From an uncultured Chthonomonadaceae bacterium (GTDB lineage: Bacteria > Armatimonadota > Chthonomonadetes > Chthonomonadales > Chthonomonadaceae): DNA of 64,000 nucleotides. Numbering within the stretch: the stretch's first letter is position 1; every line of letters starts with the position of its first letter. A model generated the notes under the pieces. That model did not search any database and was not told the origin of the DNA. It was given only the letters and a program-made list of their open reading frames with translations. Where the stretch lies: NCBI GenBank assembly GCA_963817895.1, contig CAWFQB010000003.1, positions 64,001 through 128,000 on the forward strand, given 5' to 3'. Both the position numbers and the translations under genes were made by a program. Shown here piece after piece: positions 43,212 through 53,161 of this stretch.

Positions 43212-44231
43212 ATGGTTATTCGATTTTACAAGATTATGTTCGTTGCCGTTGGCATGACTTGCTGTTTGATTGGCAGCATGGCTGTCGGCATACATGCCTG
43301 CAACGGCAGCGCGATGGCTCAGAACAGTCAAACGACTCCCCCGGATCCGGGCGTTTCTCTGTCTAACTATCCCAGACTGGTGGCCGCTTACATGTGCATG
43401 GAACGAGGGTATGCCACGAAGAACCCCGCGCAGGTGGCTGCGGTGTGGTCGCCGCTGTACAAACACGTTGATACCGAAGGCGGCAAAACGACAACTGTGT
43501 CGTATGCCAAAGCCCTCGTGGAACTCAAACACTCCTTCCCGGGCAATCGCACCGAAGCCGGATATTACTCGCCGACGCAGTATTTCCTGCCGCAAAGCGT
43601 TCGCGTCGGCTCGGATGGGACCCGTGTTACCGTCATAGGTATCACCTACGGCATTACGCCGAATACGCCACAGGGCGACCCACACTGCAAGGAGGGGAAC
43701 AGCTGCGGCTCACGCTCCTTTACGCACGTCTGGAGCAAGCCAAAAAACGGCGGCGCGTGGCTGTTGCTGACGGATGCGCGTGGAGCGTACAGCGAGGCGG
43801 CAGACCAGGCCATCGAAATGTTCGTGGGCCAGGCCGTGCAATACCATCAGCGCGCCGGCCTGGTTGGACGGGCGCGACCGGAAGACAGCGGCCCAGGTGG
43901 GAGTAATACCGCGCAAAAACGCGCCGCCAACGAAGCGGCGTGTCAGGCCGCGTACAAAGGCGAATTGGAGCTGCTGCAAAAACTGGTGGATGGGGACACG
44001 GACATTAAAGGAAAAGACAAAACGGGCAAATCCCCGCTGCACTACGCGGCAATGGGTGGCCGTCTGGAAGTTGCTCGGTGGCTGATCGCTAACGGCGCGG
44101 ACATCAATGCTCCCGATGCCAAAGGCCACAAGCCTATGCAGTTGGCGCGGCAGGATACGCCGGACGCCGCGCTTTCCCAACGCCGCTCCGAACTCATCTC
44201 TTTTCTGACAGAAAAGGGCGCGGCGGAGTAA
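43212..44231 (+). CDS. Exported protein: unknown (possibly NTF2-like) domain + C-terminal ankyrin repeats
   Basis: Signal-like N-terminus; GKSPLHYAAMGGRLEVARWLIANGADIN. Confidence 0.8.
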   Translation: MVIRFYKIMFVAVGMTCCLIGSMAVGIHACNGSAMAQNSQTTPPDPGVSLSNYPRLVAAYMCMERGYATKNPAQVAAVWSPLYKHVDTEGGKTTTVSYAKALVELKHSFPGNRTEAGYYSPTQYFLPQSVRVGSDGTRVTVIGITYGITPNTPQGDPHCKEGNSCGSRSFTHVWSKPKNGGAWLLLTDARGAYSEAADQAIEMFVGQAVQYHQRAGLVGRARPEDSGPGGSNTAQKRAANEAACQAAYKGELELLQKLVDGDTDIKGKDKTGKSPLHYAAMGGRLEVARWLIANGADINAPDAKGHKPMQLARQDTPDAALSQRRSELISFLTEKGAAE

Positions 44232-44265
44232 ACACGGTCAGCGGAATGCGCTTGAGAGAAGGGAC

Positions 44266-45468
44266 ATGTACATGAACGATCGCTATGCGCGTCGTGAGGC
44301 CATCGGCCTTACCATAAAGGCCGCAGGAAGCCTGGCGGGATCACTGACACTTCTGGCGGCAATGGGCAGGGCGCAGGCGGGCAGTCCCCGCGGTATGCCT
44401 CCCTCCGCGCTTGCTGTGGAAGACGCGGCGAACCGTTTCCGTCAAGTACGCACACTGGATGCTTTCATGACGTGGACCGAACGATTGCGTGAATGGGGGG
44501 ACATCGAGCAGGTACGCGTCAATCTGAAACAGCTGGAACCCTCTCGCGCTGAGTGGGGCAGTCACCGTCCACGGATTGAGGCACTGGGGCGCGAAGTATG
44601 TTATCAGGAATACAGAGCGGCATGGACGATTCCGGCCTCGCGCCTGGCGGACCCGATGTGGCGCGACCCGCTCGTTATCAGTCTGCCCATTCCCAGACAG
44701 AGTTATGAAGGTATACCAAAAACGGACGTTTCTATTGACGGCGTTAAATCTTGGAGCTTCAAGACAGATGCCGTCGGCAATCGCTATATTGAGGCGGTTC
44801 GCCATCCCCGGCAGGATGTGCAGTTATCCTATACCGTTACTCTGGGCCTGGCAAACTATCGCAAGCGACTGCAAAATTTCATGGATACGCCGGTTCCGGC
44901 GGAGATGAGTGTTTATCTGGAAAAGACATGGTCACAGAACCGACGCGAAAGTATCGATCCGGGCGGGAAACGCGCGCAGGAGGCCGCGAGTTCGCTCAGA
45001 CTGCAAAACATGAATTTGCTGGAACGCCTGGAAACGATTTTGAAATGGGCAAAAGATAATGTGAAATGGCTGCCCCCCGGGTCGGAACGCGCGCCCATCG
45101 ATTCGGAGTCCGCGCTCGGATATGGAGGCGGGCATTGTATGCATCAGACATGTATGATTGCCGCAGTGGCGCGCGCGGCGGGTATTCCGACACGGCAGGT
45201 GCGCGGCAACGCAAGCGTCGTTGTCGGCAGCAAATATCCGCTATGGCACTCCACCCCGGAGTTTTATCTGCCGGGCATAGAATGGATTACTCCTTACTGG
45301 GCAAATGAGAGGCATTGGGATACACTACATGGCTGCGTCTGGATGTTTCATACCGCCGGCACGAACGACGCGATTCTGGGGAATCTACAGTTTTTGGAAG
45401 CCGTAGAGTATAACCCCGCGCCGCGTATCGCTATAAGCAGCCTCACACTGCTAAGAGAGTGGCTGTAG
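44266..45468 (+). CDS. Tat-exported transglutaminase-like protein
   Basis: ARREAI twin-Arg leader ending AQA; GHCMHQTCMIAAVARAAGIPTRQVRG, WHSTPEFYLPGIEW. Confidence 0.82.
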   Translation: MYMNDRYARREAIGLTIKAAGSLAGSLTLLAAMGRAQAGSPRGMPPSALAVEDAANRFRQVRTLDAFMTWTERLREWGDIEQVRVNLKQLEPSRAEWGSHRPRIEALGREVCYQEYRAAWTIPASRLADPMWRDPLVISLPIPRQSYEGIPKTDVSIDGVKSWSFKTDAVGNRYIEAVRHPRQDVQLSYTVTLGLANYRKRLQNFMDTPVPAEMSVYLEKTWSQNRRESIDPGGKRAQEAASSLRLQNMNLLERLETILKWAKDNVKWLPPGSERAPIDSESALGYGGGHCMHQTCMIAAVARAAGIPTRQVRGNASVVVGSKYPLWHSTPEFYLPGIEWITPYWANERHWDTLHGCVWMFHTAGTNDAILGNLQFLEAVEYNPAPRIAISSLTLLREWL

Positions 45469-45594
45469 AAGCAAGAAGCAGTGCCAGGTACATCGAAATG
45501 ATACAGGGACAGGCTGTAAACTGCCGCCTCCCTTTGCAAGATAGCGAAGCAGTTATTTCAGCCGATCTCGGAAATGCAAAGAAAAGGAAACGCT

Positions 45595-46854
45595 ATGCGC
45601 TGTTACAAACTTGTACTCTCGCTTTTGCTGGCCTTGCTTCCGGGCGCGATCTGTTCCCGCGCCTGCGCAGAGGGGATAGACGACTACGCCCCGCCACTGC
45701 ATACGCTTGCTCGCGCCGCGTTCGATGGAAATTTGTCTCTGGTCAAAAAGATGCTGGCGCAAAATCCCGCACTGCTGAACAAGCCCGTTAATTTGTGTTC
45801 ACCTATCAGCTTTGCCGCATGGCATGGCAAGGTAGAGGTGGCGCGCTATCTGCTGGAAAAGGGGGCGAAACTGACGGCAGAAGACCCCGACAAGGCTCCG
45901 CTTTCCAAAGCGGCGGCTGCGCAGAATATCGAAATTATTGACATGCTTCTCGCAAAAGGCGCGGATCCCAAATTTGGATGTCCTCTGTACTGGGCCTCCA
46001 ACAATCCGGCTGTGTTTCGCCACCTGGTGGAAAAAGGCGCTGACATTCATGCGCTCGGCATCAATAAGGAATCTCTTCTATGGGACACGGTGGCTGAACT
46101 GAATATGGACAACACTCGCTTCCTGCTGGAACATGGCATGGATGTCAATAAAGGTCAATTTGGCTGTCCGCCTTTGAATAACATTGCCCGCTTCACTTTT
46201 GAGGATACGCCGACCGAGAAAGTTCTTAACATGGCGCGGTTCCTGTTGGGCAAAGGGGCCGATCCTAATCTCGCAGATGAATCGTGGCACCGCAGCGCGC
46301 TTTCCGAAGCGGTCATTGAGAAGTTCCCGGCTATGGCGCGGCTTTTGCTGACCTATGAAAGCCCTGTGCGTTGCTCCAAAGCAACTATCAACGCCGCCCG
46401 CAAAGACCTGCATTTCGCCGCTTCCAAAACTGACAAACTGACGAAGAAAGATGTGGCCGCGCTACAGGAAATCGCAGAATTGCTTCACGAACCGCTGACC
46501 GACCTGCCTGTCTCGGAACAAGCGCGGGCCGTACCCGCCACGCCTTTGCCTGCCGACCCGCTGTTTGCGGCCGCCTGTAACGGGGATACGAAAGTCTTGC
46601 AGAGACTCGTGAAGGGCGGCAAGAGCCTGAAAGCCAAAGATAAGGACGGCAGAACGCCGCTGCACTTCGCCGCGCTTGGTGGCAGGCTGGAAGTGGCGAA
46701 GTGGCTGCTTTCGCAGGGCGCGGAATTGAACGCCCGTGATACTAAAGGAGCTACCCCGCTCGCCCTTGCGCGGCAGGACACGGAAGACGCCAAACTTGCC
46801 GCGCGCCGCGCCGAACTTATCTCCTTCCTGTCGGAAAAGGGCGCTGTAGAATAA
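45595..46854 (+). CDS. Exported ankyrin-repeat protein
   Basis: Signal peptide MRCYKLVLSLLLALL; many ankyrin repeats. Confidence 0.9.
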   Translation: MRCYKLVLSLLLALLPGAICSRACAEGIDDYAPPLHTLARAAFDGNLSLVKKMLAQNPALLNKPVNLCSPISFAAWHGKVEVARYLLEKGAKLTAEDPDKAPLSKAAAAQNIEIIDMLLAKGADPKFGCPLYWASNNPAVFRHLVEKGADIHALGINKESLLWDTVAELNMDNTRFLLEHGMDVNKGQFGCPPLNNIARFTFEDTPTEKVLNMARFLLGKGADPNLADESWHRSALSEAVIEKFPAMARLLLTYESPVRCSKATINAARKDLHFAASKTDKLTKKDVAALQEIAELLHEPLTDLPVSEQARAVPATPLPADPLFAAACNGDTKVLQRLVKGGKSLKAKDKDGRTPLHFAALGGRLEVAKWLLSQGAELNARDTKGATPLALARQDTEDAKLAARRAELISFLSEKGAVE

Positions 46855-46957
46855 CTGAATTGGTTGACGAAAACGTGGGGTTATACGGATACGCCGCCTA
46901 CCGGAAAACATATACTCGCCAGTAAACTCTGCAAGCAGACTGAAAGGTAAAAGGAAG

Positions 46958-48179
46958 ATGATACGTTCCCTGTACGCCGGATGGTTAGCTCTGGCGCTCT
47001 GCGCGCTTGCAATGCCTGTGGCGCAAGCGCAAACGCTTTACTCCATTGACACTCTGGGACTTTTTCCCGGCGGGTATTTACCTTCGGCTCTCTCCCTGAA
47101 CGCGAATGGACAGATTACCGGTCAAATTTTCGCGAGCAGCGGCCACTATCAGGCCATGCGCGTCGCGCCGAACGCCTCCCTTGCCAATGCTGCCGCTCTC
47201 GGCGTACTGCCCGGTTACACGCGCAGTTTCGGAGCGAGCATTAATGCCGCCGGACAGGTTGCCGGATTTAGCGAAACCAGCGATATTCAAGGACCGGGAG
47301 ACCAGATACGCGCTTTTCGAACCAGCGCCACAGGACTGGTCAGCGATGCAGGAACGGATTTAGGCGTTCTTCTCGGCTATACAAGCAGCCATGCGTGGAG
47401 CATCAATGCCAGTGGGCAGGTCACCGGCGACTCAAGCAAGTACGACCCGGTCGCGAACAACTATCCCACTCACGCTTTTCGCGCCTCTGCCACCGGCTTG
47501 ATCAGCGATCCCGGAACCGATCTGGGAGATTCAGGAGGAGGATTTAGTCATGGGCAATCTATCAACGCCAGCGGGCAGGTAACCGGATACAGCCTGACCG
47601 GAACTGGCGATGCCCATGCCTTCCGCACTTCTGCCACAGGGTTGATCAGCGATCTCGGAACCGATCTGGGCACGCCTGCGGGAGCCGGGGATAGCTTCGG
47701 CACAAGCATCAATGACAGCGGGCAGGTCGCGGGCTACAGCGTGGACAATAATGGAAGTGGTTACGCCCGCGCTTTCCGGGTTTCTGCCACAGGGCTGATT
47801 AGCGATCCGGGCGCGGATTTCGGGGACGTTAGGAGGCAATGAGAGTATTGCCAATGCCATCAATAATGCAGGGTATGTTGTCGGCACGGCAAGTCTGGCA
47901 GACGGCAATTATGATGCCTTTCTCTATACGGACAGGATACTGGATTTGAACACGCTGCTTTCGAGCAGCGACCAGTTGCAATGGTCATTGTACGAGGCAT
48001 TCGCTATCAATGACAGGGGCCAGATTCTCGTAGACGCCACTTTTTTGGACGGAAACGACTACGCGATCCTCCTGACGCCAATGGCGACCCCGGAACCAGG
48101 CGCGATGGCTCTGTTCCTGGCAATGGCGTGCTGTGGAGGCCGTTTGCTCGCGCGTCGCCGTAAGCAGGCGTATAAATAA
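46958..48179 (+). CDS. HAF-repeat extracellular protein with PEP-CTERM tail (frameshift near 47822)
   Basis: Repeats INASGQVTG..HAFR.SATGLISD.GTDLG; shifted frame GTLGGNESIANAIN..TPEPG-TM-RRRK. Confidence 0.85.
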
Positions 48180-48191
48180 AGGAGGGACGCG

Positions 48192-50532
48192 ATGTTTCGT
48201 TGGTGGGTATGCTGTTTGATAGCGCTGTTTATCTTTCCCCTGTCTGTGAGGGCGGACAGTGACTGGCTGACGCAGGAACTGGTCTTTGCGGATTTCGAGT
48301 CCGGAACCTATCAGGGCTGGAAATTGGAGGGCAACTGCTGGGGCAAAGGCCCGGTAGACGCCTCCTTTCTCCCCGGCTATATCGCTGGATGGAAGGGGCG
48401 AAGGTATCTCTGCACCTCTCAGCCTAATGGATTGGCGACGGGCAAAGCCACATCCACCTCCTTCTTTATTCCTCGCCGCTATCTCTCGTTTTACATCGGC
48501 GGCGGCAATCACCCCACGACGTGTTACATGCAGTTGGTCGTGAACGGCAAGGCCGTTCGGACCGCAACCGGAAACAACAAGAGCGTTCTGGAACCAAAGC
48601 GCTGGAACGTCCAGGATTTGATCGGGCAGGAGGCGCATATCGAGATCGTGGATGATGACCGGCGATCCAATGGCTATCTTCTTGTGGATCATATTGCCTT
48701 CACGGATGGCGATGATAGCCCGCTTTCCGACCGGAAAATGGCGGCGGATGTCAGGGAATGGCTTTCGAGCCTGAACCAATCTTCCCCCGCCACCCCGAAC
48801 AACGCGCAGACCCGCGTATGGAAAATGCTCGTTCTCTTTTATCCCAAAACGGACACCGACTACTACACGCTCAAAAAGGAGAAAAAGCGCTTTTCCGGCA
48901 CCCTGACGCCATACCAGATCAATCTTGCGCTGAACGGGTTGCGCAAATTGCCGGGTATCCTGAACGCCGTGTCCAACGGGTATTGCAGGCTTGATCTGGA
49001 TGTCAAAGTAGTTGACCGCGCGGTGACATTCTCAAACAACTCCAATTACATTGCCACCGGCAAAAACCGTCTCACGCATCAGACGCCGGTCGAGCCGGAT
49101 ACGAAACCTGAAGTCTTGCTGTACAACACCCCGCCGATATATGACGCGCAGTGCATACTTTACAATCCTGGACCTGTTCCGCAGGACTTGGCCGGGTATG
49201 GCGGTGGCGGCCCCAGGGGGATTGATGAAACCATTACCTACGGCTCAGATAGAGACTGGGACCCTCGCAGCGCCATTAGCAGACAATTGAGCGTGTTCGT
49301 TCATGAGATGTCGCATGGCTTCGACGGCTTCTTTGGCTCCAAAGGCTACCAGTTCGAGCCGCTGCACCATCTCACGATTCCGCGCTACGCCGATCTGGGA
49401 CTCAGGGACACGAATTTGTTTGTCGCCCTCCATCGTGGCCTGCTCGTTCACAATGGCGATGCGCGTTATGGGTACTCCCCGGCGGCATGGCTCAGTGGAA
49501 CCCCGCGTTCGCCCGTTGCGCTGCCTCCCTGCCAGCTCCTGTCTCCACTACCGGAATCGGTTCTGCCCTCCTCCGATGTGGAGGTATCCTGGTCCCCATC
49601 CCCCGCCCCGGACGGTTATGAGGCGCATTTCTGCCGCGCGGATAATCCCGGCGTATCTCTGCTGACGATTCCCTCCCGCCGAACCCGCCTCCGACTGACA
49701 GCAGGCCAACTCCCGTCCGGCAACTATATCTGGTACGTACAGGCATGCAGGAAAAAAGAGCGCAGCCTCGTTGCCGACCAATTCTCCTTGAAAATTGCAG
49801 AACCCGCCACGATGGGGCCGATTGTTGTGGGCCAGCCGCGCCTTTCTGCTTTCGAGGTGGCGGGGAACGGGCAGATGGCGCGTGTCCGCGCGTCTGTTAC
49901 AAGCCCCGCGGGCGTGACCGGCGTGGAAGTGGAATACACGCATGCGGACGGACACAGGCAACGGCTTCTCCTGAAGCGGCGGTCGTTTTATCAGGGAGAT
50001 ACCGTCTGGATAGGGGCGATCTGGCTGCCCGAAAATCGGGGGGACGCGCGTTATGTCAGTTTCGTTCGCATTGTCGCGACCGATCATGCGGGACGGGAGG
50101 GCGTTTCCGAGCCGAATTATATTGCGGTAGCGCCTGCGGCGAAAGCGGCGCCAGCATCCGGGGCGGAGCGCACGACCGCAAACTCTCCCTCCCGGGTGAT
50201 GACTCCCATTCCCCTGCGTTCCCCGGACGCGACCGGAATCACGACTCTCATGGCATTCCCCGCCATGTCTCTCGGCTCCGACACGGATGGCAAAATATGG
50301 GCGGAAATCACAGGCGAAGACGGCAATACGGACTACGCGCCCCTGTTGCTCAAAGATGGGGAGGCGGATGACTGGCGAGGTCCCAGCCGCCGCGTCAAGA
50401 GAGGCCGCTTACCGTTTTTCGGCTTTGAGTGGATCGAAATGGAGCGTCGTTTACGCGGGGCGGGACGCCGCCGGCAATATCTATCGCTCCGATCCTCTGA
50501 CAGTATCTACGCCCTTGCTTTCCGGAAAATAA
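48192..50532 (+). CDS. Exported multidomain protein: levanase-type CBM (CBM38-like) + HEXXH metallopeptidase + Ig-like domains (probable frameshift near 50375)
   Basis: ADFESGTY..IGGGNHP..VRTATGNN; VHEMSHG; alternative frame WSVVYAGRDAAGNIYRS ends at 50532 and mirrors the earlier ATDHAGR motif. Confidence 0.7.
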
Positions 50533-50650
50533 TTTTCAAGCCTCTCTCCCCAGAAGCCCGGAGTAAGGGGAGCCACCTGTTTTCATGCTCACAGGCGAAC
50601 AGAGTTCATCAGGGCTATCCTGAAATGCTTTCGTTCAAGTAAGTCCGTCG

Positions 50651-50833
50651 CAAGGAAAAGATAACCGGCATTAACGCCTGCTTCAGCCAGAAACTTATCT
50701 GGCAGGAGGCCTTAAAATAGGTGGGACTCTCTGACACCGGCGTGACCGCAACAGAAAAAACTCTTCCACCGATAGCGACAAAAAGCGCGTCACAACTACG
50801 CTCACGGGCATTACGTTAGCGCGCGGACTTCAA
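50651..50833 (+). pseudogene. Decayed paralog of the 41177-41734 gene
   Basis: ITGINACFSQKLIWQEALK*VGLSDTGVTA vs IISVSAYFTHELTWQEALKKVGLSDKGVTA; TAG at 50718, no N-terminus. Confidence 0.8.
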
Positions 50834-50865
50834 CGTGACGTTCGACCCGGAAAGGATTCTCCGCC

Positions 50866-51762
50866 ATGCGCTCTTTCAAATTCTGTGCCGTTGCAGTAAC
50901 GCTGCTTGTTTCCGGCGTTCCAGGACTTTGCTGCCTTCCCGCTAAAGCACCGGCTCAAAACAGCGCGGTTACAAAATCGTCTTCTTCCCCCTCTTCTGCG
51001 GAAGAAGAGGCGATGCAGGGATTCAAGCCGGGTACGCTGCACTACTACTGCGCCAAAGGCGATCTAAAGGGCGTAAAGGGCGAACTTGCGAAACACCCGA
51101 CAGAGATAAATCAGTCCGGCAGGGAATATGGCCCGTCACTGCACGTTGCCGCCGCTTTCGGACGCCTCAACGTGGTCAACTATCTTCTCAGCCAGAATGT
51201 GCCGGTAGATTCTAAAGATAGATACGGGCAAACCGCTTTGATGCTTGCCGCCGGTGGCCCCAATAAGGAACCCGCTCTTGATATGGTCAAGTTCCTTCTG
51301 AGCAAACATGCCGGCATCAAGAGCAAGCGGATCAATGGAGAAAATGCGCTGACCAACGCAGTCACCGCGAATAATCTGTCGGTCGCCAATTTTCTCTATG
51401 AACAGGGGTTGAAAGACCTGCCCAAAAACATTCTCCTCACTTGCCTGCAAACGAATACTGCTGAAGGCGATGAGAAGAAACTTCCTGTAGTGGGATGGCT
51501 TATCGCGAAAGGGGTCAATGTCAATGCCGCGCTTGAGCAAACAGGGGAAACCGCCCTGCATCTGTGTGTGATATCAGGGTATCCGGCCATCGCGCAACTC
51601 CTTATCGAAAAAGGAGCGAATGTCAGCACCAGAACTGTAGGGATGCAAACCTCTCTGAGTCTCTGTGCAGAACAACTCAGCATCGGCAATCAGGACAGGA
51701 AATTGCAATCGGACAGGCAAACAATTGCCGATGCGCTGCGAAAGGCGGGCGGCAAAGAATAG
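50866..51762 (+). CDS. Exported ankyrin-repeat protein
   Basis: Signal-like N-terminus; LHVAAAFGRL, GQTALMLAA, GETALH. Confidence 0.9.
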   Translation: MRSFKFCAVAVTLLVSGVPGLCCLPAKAPAQNSAVTKSSSSPSSAEEEAMQGFKPGTLHYYCAKGDLKGVKGELAKHPTEINQSGREYGPSLHVAAAFGRLNVVNYLLSQNVPVDSKDRYGQTALMLAAGGPNKEPALDMVKFLLSKHAGIKSKRINGENALTNAVTANNLSVANFLYEQGLKDLPKNILLTCLQTNTAEGDEKKLPVVGWLIAKGVNVNAALEQTGETALHLCVISGYPAIAQLLIEKGANVSTRTVGMQTSLSLCAEQLSIGNQDRKLQSDRQTIADALRKAGGKE

Positions 51763-51818
51763 GGATCGCCTTATTTCATCCTATAGCCTCGCAGCCGATA
51801 CGCGACGCGCAGAGGGTG

Positions 51819-52463
51819 TTATTCCCAATAGTCTTCCCATTTGTCGCCGATAGCGCGTTTTAGCTTCTCCATATAGGCCATTGTCTTGATTTTGACCATC
51901 CATACGTCTTCGCCGCCGGTTCCACCCTTGCAGACAACGCCCTCATCCACTCTGTATTTGCCGCTGCGAACGTCATCAATGAATTTGCCGTTCAATTTGC
52001 CCTCGTAAATAACGCGGGGAATGGACAGGTGGCCGAAGTCCGTTACGAACGCTTTGGGGCCAATCATGCCGTAGCTTTCCGCCCAAACATCGAATAGCAT
52101 TAACTGCTTGGCGTCTTCCGTTTTGTGCAGTCCGGCAAACGAGTTCGGCCCGACAAACTCTGTAAACACCTTGCAACTGTCGAACTTCTGGTACTCAGCG
52201 TTGTTACGGAAAACCTGTTCAATGCCGTCCGCCAGCGTTTGCAGAAACACTTCGGCGGCCTCTTTCAAATGCGCGTGGGTCTGCCCGAACTGCGCGATGC
52301 CGGTGTCCGTCAGATTGAACTCGTCCCGGCGCGTGCCAAAGCTGTGCCAGCCGAAATCGCGTTCCCAATCCCAGTGCAGATTGGTTCCATCCACCTTTTC
52401 AAAGGCGATACAGCGCCCGGTCGGACATGAAAGACTGCCCGGAATTTTAGGATAGTGCAACAT
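51819..52463 (-). CDS. RNA ligase-like nucleotidyltransferase (Rnl2-type core only)
   Basis: YPKI, motif I EKVDGTN, GTR, III TEFVG, IIIa LFDV, IV EGVVCK, V VKIKT. Confidence 0.75.
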   Translation of the reverse strand: MLHYPKIPGSLSCPTGRCIAFEKVDGTNLHWDWERDFGWHSFGTRRDEFNLTDTGIAQFGQTHAHLKEAAEVFLQTLADGIEQVFRNNAEYQKFDSCKVFTEFVGPNSFAGLHKTEDAKQLMLFDVWAESYGMIGPKAFVTDFGHLSIPRVIYEGKLNGKFIDDVRSGKYRVDEGVVCKGGTGGEDVWMVKIKTMAYMEKLKRAIGDKWEDYWE

Positions 52464-52528
52464 AATCAACTCACAAGACTGATCCGCAAATGTGGGGAAG
52501 AACTTGTGCTGTGTTCCTCGTTAAAGTT

Positions 52529-53146
52529 TCATTGGGTTTCAACATTTGTAACTTCGAGAAGAGGCGCGCCCGCGTACAGCACATCCGCGCGCAACAGGTA
52601 TTTGCGTCCGCTTTCGATTGCCGCGCCCTCGTGCTTGCGCTCATGGACGAAGAACAAGCCCATGCCTGTTTGTGGAACCACTTTGATCTCATGGGTGAGG
52701 ATACCTTCAGGCGTATGTGTGTAATTGCGGAATTTGGTTTCGCCGCCCGTATAATCCTCGTTCAGATAGATGAGAAAAGACAGTCGGCTGATCGGCCCCT
52801 CGGCGGTTTGTACGCGCCCATCCTGATGGCGCTTGAAACGCTGTCCCACGTCGTAGCGATAGAACCGCAGGCGCGGGTTCAAGCCTACGACGGCAAAGCC
52901 CTCCATCTCCTGCGGCACATACGCGCGGACGCGCTCCCACAAATCTGCTGTAAACGTCGCATCTTCCCACGTCACGCGGTCATTGTTGCGAATATGGGGC
53001 AGCATCTGCGCGCCGGATGCCATCGCTACAGAAGCCGCCTCAAACCCAATGCCTTCACCCCGCGCAATCAGTTCTCGACACTCTTCCACATCAAAAACAT
53101 CAGCAACCGTAAAAACATTGACATCCAGTGTAACAAGATTGTTCAT
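52529..53146 (-). CDS. 2OG-Fe(II) oxygenase (prolyl-4-hydroxylase-like)
   Basis: RFYRY..GQRFKRHQDG, LIYLN..GGETKF, HEG, KYLLRAD. Confidence 0.9.
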   Translation of the reverse strand: MNNLVTLDVNVFTVADVFDVEECRELIARGEGIGFEAASVAMASGAQMLPHIRNNDRVTWEDATFTADLWERVRAYVPQEMEGFAVVGLNPRLRFYRYDVGQRFKRHQDGRVQTAEGPISRLSFLIYLNEDYTGGETKFRNYTHTPEGILTHEIKVVPQTGMGLFFVHERKHEGAAIESGRKYLLRADVLYAGAPLLEVTNVETQ

Positions 53147-53161
53147 CCTTCATCCTTGCTT

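Noticed and set aside
47050..47830. ~140-bp spaced direct repeats as a CRISPR array
   Set aside because: They are coding HAF repeats that vary at synonymous sites; no cas genes.
50533..50642. ORF-track C-terminus of the 816-aa protein
   Set aside because: The Arg-rich tail looks out of frame; the alternative frame ending at 50532 gives an Ig-like DAAGN motif.
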